Notes under the pieces: generated by a model
Told to the model about the DNA's origin: nothing
What the model saw: only the letters and a program-made list of their open reading frames with translations
Database searches by the model: none
In this document: positions 26,308 to 35,491 of the stretch, piece after piece
Layout of the letters: each line of letters starts with the position of its first letter
Position numbering within the stretch: the first letter of the stretch is position 1
IMG/VR virus record: IMGVR_UViG_2974603165_000001
Coordinates: 66,589-130,588 of that record
Length of the DNA stretch: 64,000 bases
Source of the DNA: a virus
Lineage: Duplodnaviria; Heunggongvirae; Uroviricota; Caudoviricetes
Strand: one strand, 5' to 3'
Program-made: the position numbers and the translations under genes

Positions 26308-27200
26308 TGCGCCGACTGATCGTCATTTCTGGTGCCGGGATCTCCGCTGAGAGCGGAGTCCGCACCTTCCGTACCGATACCGCAAGCGGTAAAGCACTCT
26401 GGGATGAGTATTCTCTGGATGAGGTGTGCTATGCACCGGGATTCCAGGCGGGTTTCCATCATCGGAATAACGAGAATCCGCCTCACAACGCGGTTTCCTT
26501 CGACGCGGGAGAGAATCTGTATTACTTAACGCACCGATTTTACGATAAACGTCGTAAAGAGCTGCCGACAGTCGCTCCAAACCTTGCACACCTGCGTGTT
26601 GCTGAGTGGTATGGTCGTTTCCCAGGTCAGGTTGTCAATCTAACGACCAACGTTGACGATCTTCTGGAACGTGCGGGTATTCCGCGTGATGACATCTTGC
26701 ATGTTCACGGATACCTGAACGAGATGCGTACAATCAAAGAACCTCACGGGCATGAGGAACTGAAAGTTCTTTCGCCAGGAGAAGACTTTGATGTAAATGA
26801 CTATCACTGGGCAAAGCCAAACGTGGTATTCTTTGCAGAGAGTGCGCCGCTCTATCAGGACATGTATGACCTTGGGTACACACTCAACAGTCAAGACCTG
26901 ATCTTGGTGGTTGGTTGCTCCATGCAGGTGATTAATTTCCGCCAGCTTCTAAAACCTGCTTACGGTGCAGGTGCCAAGATTGTGGAAGTGAACCTGTACG
27001 ACGCGGAAGCCGCTCAGAAAGCAGCAATGTCCAACACAGGTTGGGATAGCGCTGTGTATTCCAAGAGCGATATGCGTAAGCTGGACGAGTCAGGTATCCT
27101 GCATTGGGATAAGGGCGCAGTGGATGCGTTCAGCGATCCTAAATTCATCAAGATGGTTGAAGATCATCTGGAGGGAAAAACATGTCTGCAAAGCAAGTAA
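26307..27200 (+). CDS. Sir2-family protein (NAD-dependent deacylase/ADP-ribosyltransferase fold) lacking zinc ribbon
   Basis: GAGISAESGVRTFR (Sir2 GAGIS..GIP.FR), TTNVDDL (TQNID), HVHG catalytic His; no CxxC...CxxC zinc module. Confidence 0.7.
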   Translation: MRRLIVISGAGISAESGVRTFRTDTASGKALWDEYSLDEVCYAPGFQAGFHHRNNENPPHNAVSFDAGENLYYLTHRFYDKRRKELPTVAPNLAHLRVAEWYGRFPGQVVNLTTNVDDLLERAGIPRDDILHVHGYLNEMRTIKEPHGHEELKVLSPGEDFDVNDYHWAKPNVVFFAESAPLYQDMYDLGYTLNSQDLILVVGCSMQVINFRQLLKPAYGAGAKIVEVNLYDAEAAQKAAMSNTGWDSAVYSKSDMRKLDESGILHWDKGAVDAFSDPKFIKMVEDHLEGKTCLQSK

Positions 27201-27403
27201 CCCTTAACGACCCGATCCCGATGACTCGGGGTCAGTTGATTACCATTATCGAAGATGCCTTCGTTGATGGTTGGAAGAAAGGTCATTGGTCTGAGTGGGG
27301 CAGCGCAGAGTCGTTCCTCGAATTTTACAAAGAAGAGGGTGATAGCTGTGAAACCACAACCGCCCTTGAAGGACTGAAATCAGGAGAAACTGATGTCGAT
27401 TAA
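27182..27403 (+). CDS. hypothetical small protein
   Basis: 73 aa, overlaps neighbours by few nt. Confidence 0.4.
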   Translation: MSAKQVTLNDPIPMTRGQLITIIEDAFVDGWKKGHWSEWGSAESFLEFYKEEGDSCETTTALEGLKSGETDVD

Positions 27404-28691
27404 TTTGGACACTCCGGTACTGTACGCACTGAACAAAGATGGCTCCTTCCAGGAATGGAAGGTGTACACCGAAGGTGCTGACGTTATCGTTGAGTTCGGT
27501 AAGCAGGGTGGAAAGACCCAGCAGAAGCGAACCACCTGTGAAATCAAAAACGCAGGCCGTGCGAATGAAACTGCTGCGGACTTCCAGGCGATGCTCGAAG
27601 CAAAGTCTAAGTGGGAGAAGCAGGTTCGCTTGGGTTATCGTGAAAGTATCGAGCAGTTGCAGACTGAGGAAGTCTTCACTCCGATGCTGGCGCATGACTA
27701 CCTTAAACGCGGTAGCGCGATCATCACACCTTGCTACGGTCAGCCAAAACTGGACGGTGTTCGTGCATTGGTTCTTATCAATGACGGTATTGCATCATTC
27801 AACAGCCGTGGCAATAAGACCTACCCGGTAGCGGGTAAGCTGGTGGATGAAGTTATTCATCTGAGCAATGTATCCGGGTTTGACAAATTCGACGGCGAAC
27901 TGTACATTCACGGACTTAGCCTCCAGAAGATTGTCGCCCTGGCTAAGAAGTGGCGTACCCATGAGATGATCGCCAAAGAAATCCAGAAGGATTACGAAGG
28001 TGACATCAAGCGTCGTGATAAGGCGATTGCTACCAGCATGGAGACTTACAAAAACTTCGACGGTGACGACATTCCTGTTGAGAAAATGCCGGAACTGGAT
28101 GTGAATCGTTACGGTGGGTATGAGAGTGCGGATTTGGAATTCCACATTTTCGATATCCCGGTAAACAACAAAAGCCCGTGGTACGATCCAGAGCATCCAG
28201 ACCATAACCGTCTTGCTGACTTGTTCACCACTTACACGGCGGCGAATGAAGAGCAGTTGAACAAACTGGCGGTGGTGATCGGCTCCTTCTATGAAACAAT
28301 TGAAGAAGTCGAGTGGTCTGTGGGTAGCAACATGGAGAAGGGTTTTGAGGGAACGATGATTCGTAACTTCAAAGGTCTGTATGAATACGGACAGCGCTCT
28401 TCGGATCTCCAGAAGTGGAAGATCTTCCAGACTGCCGAAGCCAAGGTTCTCGATTCGAAAGAAGATAAGAACGGTGAGGGGGTTCTGGACTGTATCGAGA
28501 AAGACGGTACAGAGTTCAGTTGCAAAATGAAAGGTACTCACGCCGAGCGATCTCAGGCTAAGATGTTGAAACTTAAAGGTAAGTTCATCACGTTTAGCTT
28601 CCAGGCGCGTACCGACAAAGGTGTTCCTCAGTTCCCGGTGGGACAGTATGAACGTGATATCAACCCTGAGACATGGGAGCCTAATGAATAA
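27393..28691 (+). CDS. ATP-dependent DNA ligase
   Basis: motif I KLDGVRAL (KxDGxR) and ligase-like downstream motifs; 432 aa. Confidence 0.8.
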   Translation: MSINLDTPVLYALNKDGSFQEWKVYTEGADVIVEFGKQGGKTQQKRTTCEIKNAGRANETAADFQAMLEAKSKWEKQVRLGYRESIEQLQTEEVFTPMLAHDYLKRGSAIITPCYGQPKLDGVRALVLINDGIASFNSRGNKTYPVAGKLVDEVIHLSNVSGFDKFDGELYIHGLSLQKIVALAKKWRTHEMIAKEIQKDYEGDIKRRDKAIATSMETYKNFDGDDIPVEKMPELDVNRYGGYESADLEFHIFDIPVNNKSPWYDPEHPDHNRLADLFTTYTAANEEQLNKLAVVIGSFYETIEEVEWSVGSNMEKGFEGTMIRNFKGLYEYGQRSSDLQKWKIFQTAEAKVLDSKEDKNGEGVLDCIEKDGTEFSCKMKGTHAERSQAKMLKLKGKFITFSFQARTDKGVPQFPVGQYERDINPETWEPNE

Positions 28692-29155
28692 TGGCAAAAT
28701 ATCGTAAAAAGCCCGTAGAGATCGAGGCGCACCGTTTTGACGGCTCAAGCACCTCGGTTGGGCAGATCAAAAATTGGATTGAGAAAGGTGTGTTCCGCGA
28801 GTCGGAAATCTCCACACGAGATTGTGGACGCACTATTGAGATCCCAACACTGGAAGGTCTGATGGTTGCATCAGCCGGAGATATGATTATCAAAGGCGTC
28901 AAGGGGGAGTTCTACCCGTGCAAACCAGACATCTTTGCTGCGACATACGATCTGGTTGAGGGTGAAACCCGTGCGCCGGGTGTGTTCAAAGCAGAGGATC
29001 TGATCTCAGGTGACATCTTTGATTACTGCGGTAAATCCGAGCGGATCAAAAGTGTTGAAAACTATCATGACCAAACCAAGGTGTTTCTGGACAATGGAGA
29101 GCAACTGAACCTCCGTCCTTATACCGAGGTGGTTGTCAATGAGGTAGGAGCCTAA
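28691..29155 (+). CDS. hypothetical protein
   Basis: 154 aa. Confidence 0.5.
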   Translation: MAKYRKKPVEIEAHRFDGSSTSVGQIKNWIEKGVFRESEISTRDCGRTIEIPTLEGLMVASAGDMIIKGVKGEFYPCKPDIFAATYDLVEGETRAPGVFKAEDLISGDIFDYCGKSERIKSVENYHDQTKVFLDNGEQLNLRPYTEVVVNEVGA

Positions 29156-29156
29156 C

Positions 29157-29522
29157 ATGATCTGGTACGTGCTGGCATTGATTGGTGCGACCATCCTGGT
29201 TGGAGGTGGCATTTATGCCGCCTTCTACTTCCGAAAGGATAAACTGGATGATTTCATCGACTGGACAGATGGCAAGAAAGCCCTGTTCCTGAAAGTATGG
29301 GCAGCAGCCCTTTTAGTGGTCACGATACTGCTAATCAAGCCGTTGTGGAACACAATGACCTGTCAGTTCGATGGTGTTGCATACAAAGCCACCACGACCT
29401 ATTCATGGTACAAGAATGGCACCTATGAAGATAAGTGCTTGTTCCAAGGCAAGAATGGTGCTCTGCTGCCATTGAAAATTAACCGCGATCAACCTGATGG
29501 GAGCGATAACCATGACTATTAA
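29157..29522 (+). CDS. membrane protein
   Basis: two predicted TM helices (IWYVLALIGATILVGGGIYAAF, LFLKVWAAALLVVTILLI). Confidence 0.5.
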   Translation: MIWYVLALIGATILVGGGIYAAFYFRKDKLDDFIDWTDGKKALFLKVWAAALLVVTILLIKPLWNTMTCQFDGVAYKATTTYSWYKNGTYEDKCLFQGKNGALLPLKINRDQPDGSDNHDY

Positions 29523-29763
29523 GGACAACACAGTGGACTTCGATGCTCATGTGTATTCGAACCCACATCAATCTGACTTCCGCTGGTCAGTTCGCCCAGA
29601 CCCTGATCTTCCGGGTTCTGTGAACCTGTCTTACGAGGAGTTTGCATATTACGATAACCGAACCCGCTCCGGTTATGAAAAGCAAGGCACTGTCGGTTTC
29701 GACAAGGCTACGTGGGAAAAAATTAAGTACGCCGTTGATGGCGTCTTTGAAAAAACAATCTGA
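29497..29763 (+). CDS. hypothetical protein
   Basis: 88 aa. Confidence 0.45.
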   Translation: MGAITMTIKDNTVDFDAHVYSNPHQSDFRWSVRPDPDLPGSVNLSYEEFAYYDNRTRSGYEKQGTVGFDKATWEKIKYAVDGVFEKTI

Positions 29764-29773
29764 GGAGAAATTA

Positions 29774-30466
29774 GTGGCTGATCTTTTATATGAAACCCTG
29801 AACAATGCTTTCCGTCCAAAAAACCTGCACCGTTATGCGGAGCATGTGATCAAATGGAACGCCGTAGCTGCAATGGCACGAGGTGGTGACCTAACGCCTT
29901 TAGACAAGCAGATGGGTTTCTTGCGTGAGGAGTTCAAAGAGACCGTGGATGCTCTCCGTGCAGGAGATATGGTTGAGGTTGTTGATGGTGTTTGTGACAT
30001 GTTTGTCGTCGCTTCCTACGCCCACTTCCTGCAAGCGAGTCGCTTCGGTGCTTATGCTGGTGGCAACTTGTGTGCTTACGATGAAGACACGGAGTTTAGC
30101 ATCTTGGCACTGGAACGTGCGATCATCTTTGATGAAAACCCGGCAATGGCTTTGAAGCAGGTCGTTGCTTTCGCCTACGGCTTGGATGTAAACTTGCGCT
30201 ATAACATTGGTGAGGTTCTGTCTTCTAACGACAGTAAGTACCCAACGATGGAGCAGTTACGTGCTGCATATCCAGATCTGGAAGGTCAACTGACCGACGA
30301 GAACCTATTGAAGCACGAAGCGGCTGAGATCGAACGTCGTGAGGGTGGTAAATACACCGGGGTTCATGCTGTGCTTAATGAAGAAACAAAGCAGTACGTC
30401 TTCCTGAGCGATGGCGGAAAGATCGTCAAACCGATTACTTTCAGAAAACCGAAAATTATCGTTTGA
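29774..30466 (+). CDS. MazG-like all-alpha NTP pyrophosphohydrolase candidate
   Basis: GTG start with GAGGAG RBS; EEFKETVDALRAGDMVEVVDGVCDMFVV resembles the MazG/HisE EExxE...D metal-binding helix pair. Confidence 0.4.
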   Translation: MADLLYETLNNAFRPKNLHRYAEHVIKWNAVAAMARGGDLTPLDKQMGFLREEFKETVDALRAGDMVEVVDGVCDMFVVASYAHFLQASRFGAYAGGNLCAYDEDTEFSILALERAIIFDENPAMALKQVVAFAYGLDVNLRYNIGEVLSSNDSKYPTMEQLRAAYPDLEGQLTDENLLKHEAAEIERREGGKYTGVHAVLNEETKQYVFLSDGGKIVKPITFRKPKIIV

Positions 30467-30491
30467 CAAAAGTTTCGGGGTCATCCATAAT
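30463..30491 (+). promoter_or_regulatory. sigma70-type promoter
   Basis: TTGACA - 17 nt - CATAAT. Confidence 0.55.
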
Positions 30492-30519
30492 GGCCCCATC
30501 GAAACGAGAGGAGAACAAA

Positions 30520-30771
30520 TTGGAAAAGTCAAAGATTGAGATTGCCCAGGAAGAACGCAACACCAAAATGTTGCAGGTTCGTAACCTGTCAGACGTGTTC
30601 GGTTTCAAAGTCCCAAACCTCGGTCATGGCAAATGCCTGATCCTGTGCGGACAGAAGCGTCGCTGGGGTAATGCTTACAAGAAGTTCGCTGTTCATTGTG
30701 AAACAGACGAGCTGCTTGGAAACCTGATGCAGATTCTCGGCGCAGGCGGAAAAGTCTTCGAAGTACGATAA
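30520..30771 (+). CDS. hypothetical protein (TTG start; ATG alternative at 30568)
   Basis: GAGGAG RBS 7 nt before TTG 30520; the track's upstream start overlaps the promoter. Confidence 0.35.
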   Translation: MEKSKIEIAQEERNTKMLQVRNLSDVFGFKVPNLGHGKCLILCGQKRRWGNAYKKFAVHCETDELLGNLMQILGAGGKVFEVR

Positions 30772-30777
30772 AATTCG

Positions 30778-30805
30778 TTGACAAAGAAACAAAAGAACGT
30801 ATACT
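30778..30805 (+). promoter_or_regulatory. sigma70-type promoter
   Basis: TTGACA - 16 nt - TATACT upstream of 30839 gene. Confidence 0.5.
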
Positions 30806-30838
30806 GAACGAAATAAACCACACAGGAGAAACAAAATT

Positions 30839-31210
30839 ATGGCACGTCAAGCTAAAGTAAAAGTCGAACTGATCACCTCTCTGCCTTCTGATGCAGCAGC
30901 GCGTAATCGCCTGAAAGGTTCGGTTAACGAGATCGTTGACTTGCAGCGTCAGATCGCTGACCTGAAATCGCAGATCAAAGACATCCGCGATGTGGAAAAG
31001 AGCACTTACAACATTGCTCCAAAATTCCTCAACTCTCTGGCTAAACGTGAATATGACGTTCGCTTTGAAGCAGAGAAGAAATCTGCGGCTCTGGATGCAG
31101 AGCAGGAAGTCTTCACCGAAGCGGATATTCTGTTCGGTCGTGGCACTCCGAACGTGGCCCAGACCGAAGAAGATGACGGTCAGGAAGATGCAGTGGAAGG
31201 TGGTGAATAA
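30839..31210 (+). CDS. hypothetical protein with strongly acidic C-terminus
   Basis: 123 aa, C-terminal TEEDDGQEDAVEGGE; CAGGAGAAAC RBS. Confidence 0.55.
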   Translation: MARQAKVKVELITSLPSDAAARNRLKGSVNEIVDLQRQIADLKSQIKDIRDVEKSTYNIAPKFLNSLAKREYDVRFEAEKKSAALDAEQEVFTEADILFGRGTPNVAQTEEDDGQEDAVEGGE

Positions 31211-31407
31211 TGAAATACTACCTGAATGGTCTGGGGATGTTAGTATTCCTGGTGGTAACATTCGGGTTTGGTGCTCCGGCTCTGGTGTCCGCTAAGGACA
31301 CCTTAGCAGTGCTCTTAGGCTTCGCCTGGATCGCCGCCACACCCGTAGTGCTGTTCTACTGGGGCCGTAAGGCTTTCAAACAGAAAGCTGAACCTGTAGA
31401 GGTGTAA
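31210..31407 (+). CDS. small membrane protein
   Basis: 65 aa, two TM helices. Confidence 0.5.
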   Translation: MKYYLNGLGMLVFLVVTFGFGAPALVSAKDTLAVLLGFAWIAATPVVLFYWGRKAFKQKAEPVEV

Positions 31408-31408
31408 C

Positions 31409-31582
31409 ATGCTGCTGAACTTTAGAGCCGAAACGTACAGCAGACTAAAATTCCTGGCTCAGAAAGATGGTAAATCCGTCGCTGGTTTCGTCTCAGATCT
31501 CTGTGACAAACACGTTGAACAAAATGTTTCAACGAACTATACCTTAAAAGAGGAGAACAAAACGCATGATGAAGGCAATTAA
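31409..31582 (+). CDS. ribbon-helix-helix (CopG/Arc-like) DNA-binding protein, 57 aa
   Basis: LNFRAETYSRLKFLAQKDGKSVAGFVSDL fits RHH beta-strand plus two helices; overlaps start of downstream SPFH gene; below ORF-track cutoff. Confidence 0.45.
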   Translation: MLLNFRAETYSRLKFLAQKDGKSVAGFVSDLCDKHVEQNVSTNYTLKEENKTHDEGN

Positions 31583-32456
31583 ACGTATCCTGTTCGCAGC
31601 AGCCATTGCAGTTGCAGCTACCACCCTGTCCGGTTGCTACGAGCGCGTAGAACCAGGTAACGCAGGTGTTCTGGTAAACCGTCTGGGCGATGACAAAGGC
31701 GTTGACGCCACCCCGCTGGGCGTAGGTCGTTACTGGGTTGGCTGGAACGAAGATCTGTATACGTTCCCAACCTTCAAACAGATGAAGTCCTACCCGGATC
31801 AGTTCATCTTCCAGATGAGCGATGGTACGACTATCGGCTACTCAATCGGTATCGCATATCGTGTGACTCCGGCGAAAGTAACCACGGTGTTCCAGACTTA
31901 CCGTAAAGGCGTTGACGACATCACCGATACTGACCTGCGTCAGAAAATCAGTGACTCCCTGAACCGCCGTGCAAGCCGTATGAACACCGATAAGTTCATC
32001 GACGGTGGTAAAGATGAGATCCTGACTGGTGTTCTCGCTGACCTCCAGAAAGAAATGGGGCCAGTTGGTATCGAAGTGATCAGCGTAAGCTGGATGGGCA
32101 AGCCGGACTACCCACCAACAGTTATCGAAAGCATCAACGCCAAGGTAACCGCTAACCAGAAAACACTCCAGCGTGAGCAGGAAGTGAAACAGCGTACCGC
32201 CGAAGCTAACATGGCTATCGAAGAAGCGCGTGGTAAGGCCGAATCTGCAAAACTGGAAGCTGACGGTGCAGCGTATGCAACGATGGCAGCGGCTAAGGCC
32301 GAAGCGGATTCAATCAATCTTCGTGGTGACGCATTGCGTAAGAACCCGGAAATTGTTAAGCTGGAAACAATCACTAAATGGGACGGCGTACTGCCAGTCT
32401 ACATGGCAGGCGACAGCCAGGCACCATTCGTGACCATCCCAGCAGGCACCAAGTAA
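31566..32456 (+). CDS. SPFH/Band-7 (prohibitin-like) domain lipoprotein
   Basis: signal peptide with lipobox LSGC, SPFH-like core, Ala/Glu/Lys-rich coiled-coil tail. Confidence 0.65.
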   Translation: MMKAIKRILFAAAIAVAATTLSGCYERVEPGNAGVLVNRLGDDKGVDATPLGVGRYWVGWNEDLYTFPTFKQMKSYPDQFIFQMSDGTTIGYSIGIAYRVTPAKVTTVFQTYRKGVDDITDTDLRQKISDSLNRRASRMNTDKFIDGGKDEILTGVLADLQKEMGPVGIEVISVSWMGKPDYPPTVIESINAKVTANQKTLQREQEVKQRTAEANMAIEEARGKAESAKLEADGAAYATMAAAKAEADSINLRGDALRKNPEIVKLETITKWDGVLPVYMAGDSQAPFVTIPAGTK

Positions 32457-32499
32457 TACATCTGCCCCGGTTCGCCGGGGCTTACTAAAGGAGAACAAA

Positions 32500-32721
32500 A
32501 TGTCTCAGTCCCCGAAATTCAAGAAAAGCATGATGGCCTTAGTGGTCGGCGTGTTAGTTCTGACCCCAGCCTTCGCTAATGCCACAGTTAACACGATGGA
32601 ACTCGTCGATGAGGTGGATAACGGTTCAACCAAAACCTGCATCTACAGTAACGGGCAACGCACCGAAACAATTGAACGTTCAGGCGCTTCCGCTTGTCCT
32701 TCTGTCAAAACTTTCCATTGA
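32500..32721 (+). CDS. small secreted protein
   Basis: signal peptide MMALVVGVLVLTPAFANA; 73 aa; AAAGGAGAA RBS. Confidence 0.5.
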   Translation: MSQSPKFKKSMMALVVGVLVLTPAFANATVNTMELVDEVDNGSTKTCIYSNGQRTETIERSGASACPSVKTFH

Positions 32722-32731
32722 GGAGAAAACA

Positions 32732-32929
32732 ATGAACTTTCTGAAACGTTATCTGCAAGGCTTTTTACTGGCGAATTTATTCTCTTGGGCTGGTGTTCTG
32801 GCAGCGATGATCCTCATCAGCTTCATCACCTGGAGTTGGGATGGTTTCACTGGTCTTAGTTGGTCATACATCCGATTCATGACTGTGTGGACTGGCGGCA
32901 TGGCGTTCCTCTTCTTGCCTAAGAAGTAG
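32732..32929 (+). CDS. small membrane protein
   Basis: ATG 32732 with GAGGAGAAAA RBS; two TM helices. Confidence 0.5.
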   Translation: MNFLKRYLQGFLLANLFSWAGVLAAMILISFITWSWDGFTGLSWSYIRFMTVWTGGMAFLFLPKK

Positions 32930-32997
32930 GAGGCACTATCAAACTTACGATTGAACTTGTTCCGAAAACGGCGTGGTTTAACAATCTGCGATCCAAC

Positions 32998-33372
32998 TTG
33001 ACGAAATCTGAATGGGATATCGTCCGTAGAAAGTGTTACGCTGCTGCGGGGCATGTCTGTGAAGTCTGTGGTGGAAAGGGGCCGAAACACCCCGTAGAGT
33101 GCCACGAGACTTGGGACTTTGGTGATGGAAAGATCAAGCTGGTCGGTCTTATCGCTCTTTGTCCATCCTGTCACGAAGTAAAACACATCGGCCTTGCCGG
33201 AATTCGTGGTCGGGGAGAAATCGCACTGCGTCACTTCATGAAAGTGAATAACGTCAGCCGCGATGTTGCACAAAAATACGTTGCGGAGGCTTTCGAGCTT
33301 TACCACAAACGTAGCAAACGTCAGAACTGGGAATTGGACTTCCAGTACCTGCAAGAATATCTGAAAGACTAA
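32998..33372 (+). CDS. HNH-type zinc-binding nuclease-like protein (start uncertain)
   Basis: CEVCGG...HPVECHETWDF...CPSCHEVKH His-Me finger-like motif. Track start is TTG. In-frame ATC lies 5 nt after a strong AGGAGG RBS at 32927-32932, so the true start may be upstream. Confidence 0.45.
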   Translation: MTKSEWDIVRRKCYAAAGHVCEVCGGKGPKHPVECHETWDFGDGKIKLVGLIALCPSCHEVKHIGLAGIRGRGEIALRHFMKVNNVSRDVAQKYVAEAFELYHKRSKRQNWELDFQYLQEYLKD

Positions 33373-33383
33373 ATGGGGGAATA

Positions 33384-34505
33384 TTGGGATATCCGTATGA
33401 CGAGAAGTGGAAGGATAAGGTCACAGATGATTGCCTGGTCGTGCTCGACTTAGACCAGACTTGCTTTGTGTCGGCTGCTGGCGCTGAGAAGCGCACAATC
33501 AAAGCAACACACATCGCATCAGGACGTGAAAAGATTTTCAAAAACCGAACTGAATTCTGGGGAACCCAGAAGAAAGTGGTCGGTGGCTGGCTGAAAGACC
33601 AGAACATAAATCGGGAGGCGAAGGCAAAGGCCGCAGGCCGAGAGTTCACTCCGTGGGGTCGAGACGACTTCACGATTGAGGACATCCAAACGCCGGAACC
33701 CGTAGAGCACTGCTTGCATATTCTGAAAACGAAGATCAACGCAATGTTCGAACATCTGGGAATGTCAGACAATGCAGGACTTGGTGTGTTGGGCGGTACG
33801 GGTAACTTCCGTCTGCTGCTTCCAGCGCCTGAGATCTACAAAGGTAACCGTGAAGATACGCTACGACCACTTCTCCTCCAGGAGACGCGTGAGTACGTTC
33901 AACGCCGTTACAATGCAAAGGTCATTGACCAAATGGAAGCCGATGATTACTTGTCAATCCTCGCTTATGAGGGATGGGAACATTATAAGGCTACCGGGAA
34001 GTTCAACCGTCTTATTGTTTCGTTCGATAAAGACCAGAAAGGTAACCCCGGCTTGATCTTTGACTCGATGCGAGATGGTGAGGAGAAAACCTGGAAGCAT
34101 CCAATCCCGATGATCATCGACGACTCGATGGGAGAGATTTGGATGGAAGGGAGTAAGGTTAAGGGCTGGGGCAAGAAATTCTTCGGCTACCAGATGCTCT
34201 GTGGCGATAGCTCAGATAACATCAAACCTTACCAGTGTTTTGATATTGCTGGACGTTTTGGCGATACCGCTGCATTCAAACTGATCGGTCATATCACTGA
34301 CGAGAAGGAAATGTGGCAGATAATCGTCAACCAGTACAAGACATGGTTCCCGGCAGGTGTTGAGTTTACCTCTTGGGACGGAACCGATAAGAAGATGTCT
34401 GCTGGTCAGTGGGCTTCGATCATCTTCCAGATGGTCTACATGAAGCGCACACCAAACGACAAGACGACTTTAGGTTCTGAACTGAAACGTCTGGGGGTTG
34501 TGTGA
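33384..34505 (+). CDS. 5'-3' exonuclease / flap endonuclease (FEN family)
   Basis: H3TH motif MLCGDSSDNIKPY...GRFGDTAAFKLI matching the Pol I 5'-nuclease GDxSDNIPG...G.G.KTA..LL. Confidence 0.7.
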   Translation: MGYPYDEKWKDKVTDDCLVVLDLDQTCFVSAAGAEKRTIKATHIASGREKIFKNRTEFWGTQKKVVGGWLKDQNINREAKAKAAGREFTPWGRDDFTIEDIQTPEPVEHCLHILKTKINAMFEHLGMSDNAGLGVLGGTGNFRLLLPAPEIYKGNREDTLRPLLLQETREYVQRRYNAKVIDQMEADDYLSILAYEGWEHYKATGKFNRLIVSFDKDQKGNPGLIFDSMRDGEEKTWKHPIPMIIDDSMGEIWMEGSKVKGWGKKFFGYQMLCGDSSDNIKPYQCFDIAGRFGDTAAFKLIGHITDEKEMWQIIVNQYKTWFPAGVEFTSWDGTDKKMSAGQWASIIFQMVYMKRTPNDKTTLGSELKRLGVV

Positions 34506-34825
34506 TTGATCAAGTGATCATGGAAGCCGTCCTGAAAGATGAAGCAGCGTTGGGTGTTAGCAGCACCCGACCAAACTACATCGTGATGACTGGCCTCTGG
34601 CGGATGTTGGATGATGACCAGGGTAATCCTTGGGTTATCTGCACAGACGATTATCGCAACCCGGATCAGGCTTTGAATGCTGCTGTTTTACCGGAATGTG
34701 AGATCATCGACGGAGAACGTCTGGTGATGTACACAGCGGTTCAGGTTGACGACCTGGAGTTCTCCTTGGTGCTGATCAAAAGCAAGGTCTACACAGGAGA
34801 TTCCGATGAAACTGATGTCGGTTGA
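34502..34825 (+). CDS. hypothetical protein
   Basis: 107 aa. Confidence 0.45.
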   Translation: MIDQVIMEAVLKDEAALGVSSTRPNYIVMTGLWRMLDDDQGNPWVICTDDYRNPDQALNAAVLPECEIIDGERLVMYTAVQVDDLEFSLVLIKSKVYTGDSDETDVG

Positions 34826-35414
34826 TCAGAGTTTGAGTCATTGTGCGGTTGTTATCTGGGACGATGAAGGCAAAGAGCCTGAGACCCGATATATGATTCG
34901 CACTGGCTCGACTTCGAGCAAAGGGAAGCAGAAAAAAGACGTGGTGTATTTCGATCATGTGATCCAACAGATTGATTACATTGTCAGCGAGATCCTGAAT
35001 TACGTGAAGATCCACAAAGTGGATACCTACGTGATGGAAGCATTAGCCCTCTCCGCGATGGGCAGTGCGACCAGAGACCTGGCGGGTCTGTACTATTGCA
35101 TCTTGAGTGCTCTACTTGAGCATCACTTGACAATAGGCCAGATCCACAACGTCGCCCCGACTTCTGTGAAGTCCTTCGCCCGTACTCTATTGCCAGAGGA
35201 AGAGCGAACGATTATTAAAGTAAGGGTTGACAAAAAGACGGGTAAGAAGGTACAATCCAAGGGCCAACTCGTAATGAAGAAGCCAGAGATGGTCAGAGCC
35301 ACCCAGTGCGCCGTCCCCGGATGGTTAGATGGGCTGACCTTAGAGGCGGGTAAAGCGGACTACGCTGACGCATATCTTATTGGGAGAGCTTTCCTTGCTC
35401 GACAGGAGGCATAA
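34806..35414 (+). CDS. RuvC-like Holliday junction resolvase
   Basis: N-terminal MKLMSVDQSLSHCAVVIWD (catalytic Asp7-like) and C-terminal DYADAYLIGRAF acidic pair typical of the RuvC/RNase H fold. Confidence 0.55.
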   Translation: MKLMSVDQSLSHCAVVIWDDEGKEPETRYMIRTGSTSSKGKQKKDVVYFDHVIQQIDYIVSEILNYVKIHKVDTYVMEALALSAMGSATRDLAGLYYCILSALLEHHLTIGQIHNVAPTSVKSFARTLLPEEERTIIKVRVDKKTGKKVQSKGQLVMKKPEMVRATQCAVPGWLDGLTLEAGKADYADAYLIGRAFLARQEA

Positions 35415-35491
35415 TAGCTGGACGCAGAAAGCGGAGAGCGCCTCGAAAGAAACTCTTCGTCTCGAAGGAAAAGGTAGCGGCGCGTATCCTC

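Noticed and set aside
27795-28748. 317-aa minus-strand ORF antisense to the DNA ligase gene
   Set aside because: Fully embedded antisense to a conserved enzyme gene, no RBS, low-complexity translation. The same applies to antisense ORFs in nadV (19424-19927), nrdE (42464-43117), the 30605-31261 region, 32749-33354 and 23365-23904.
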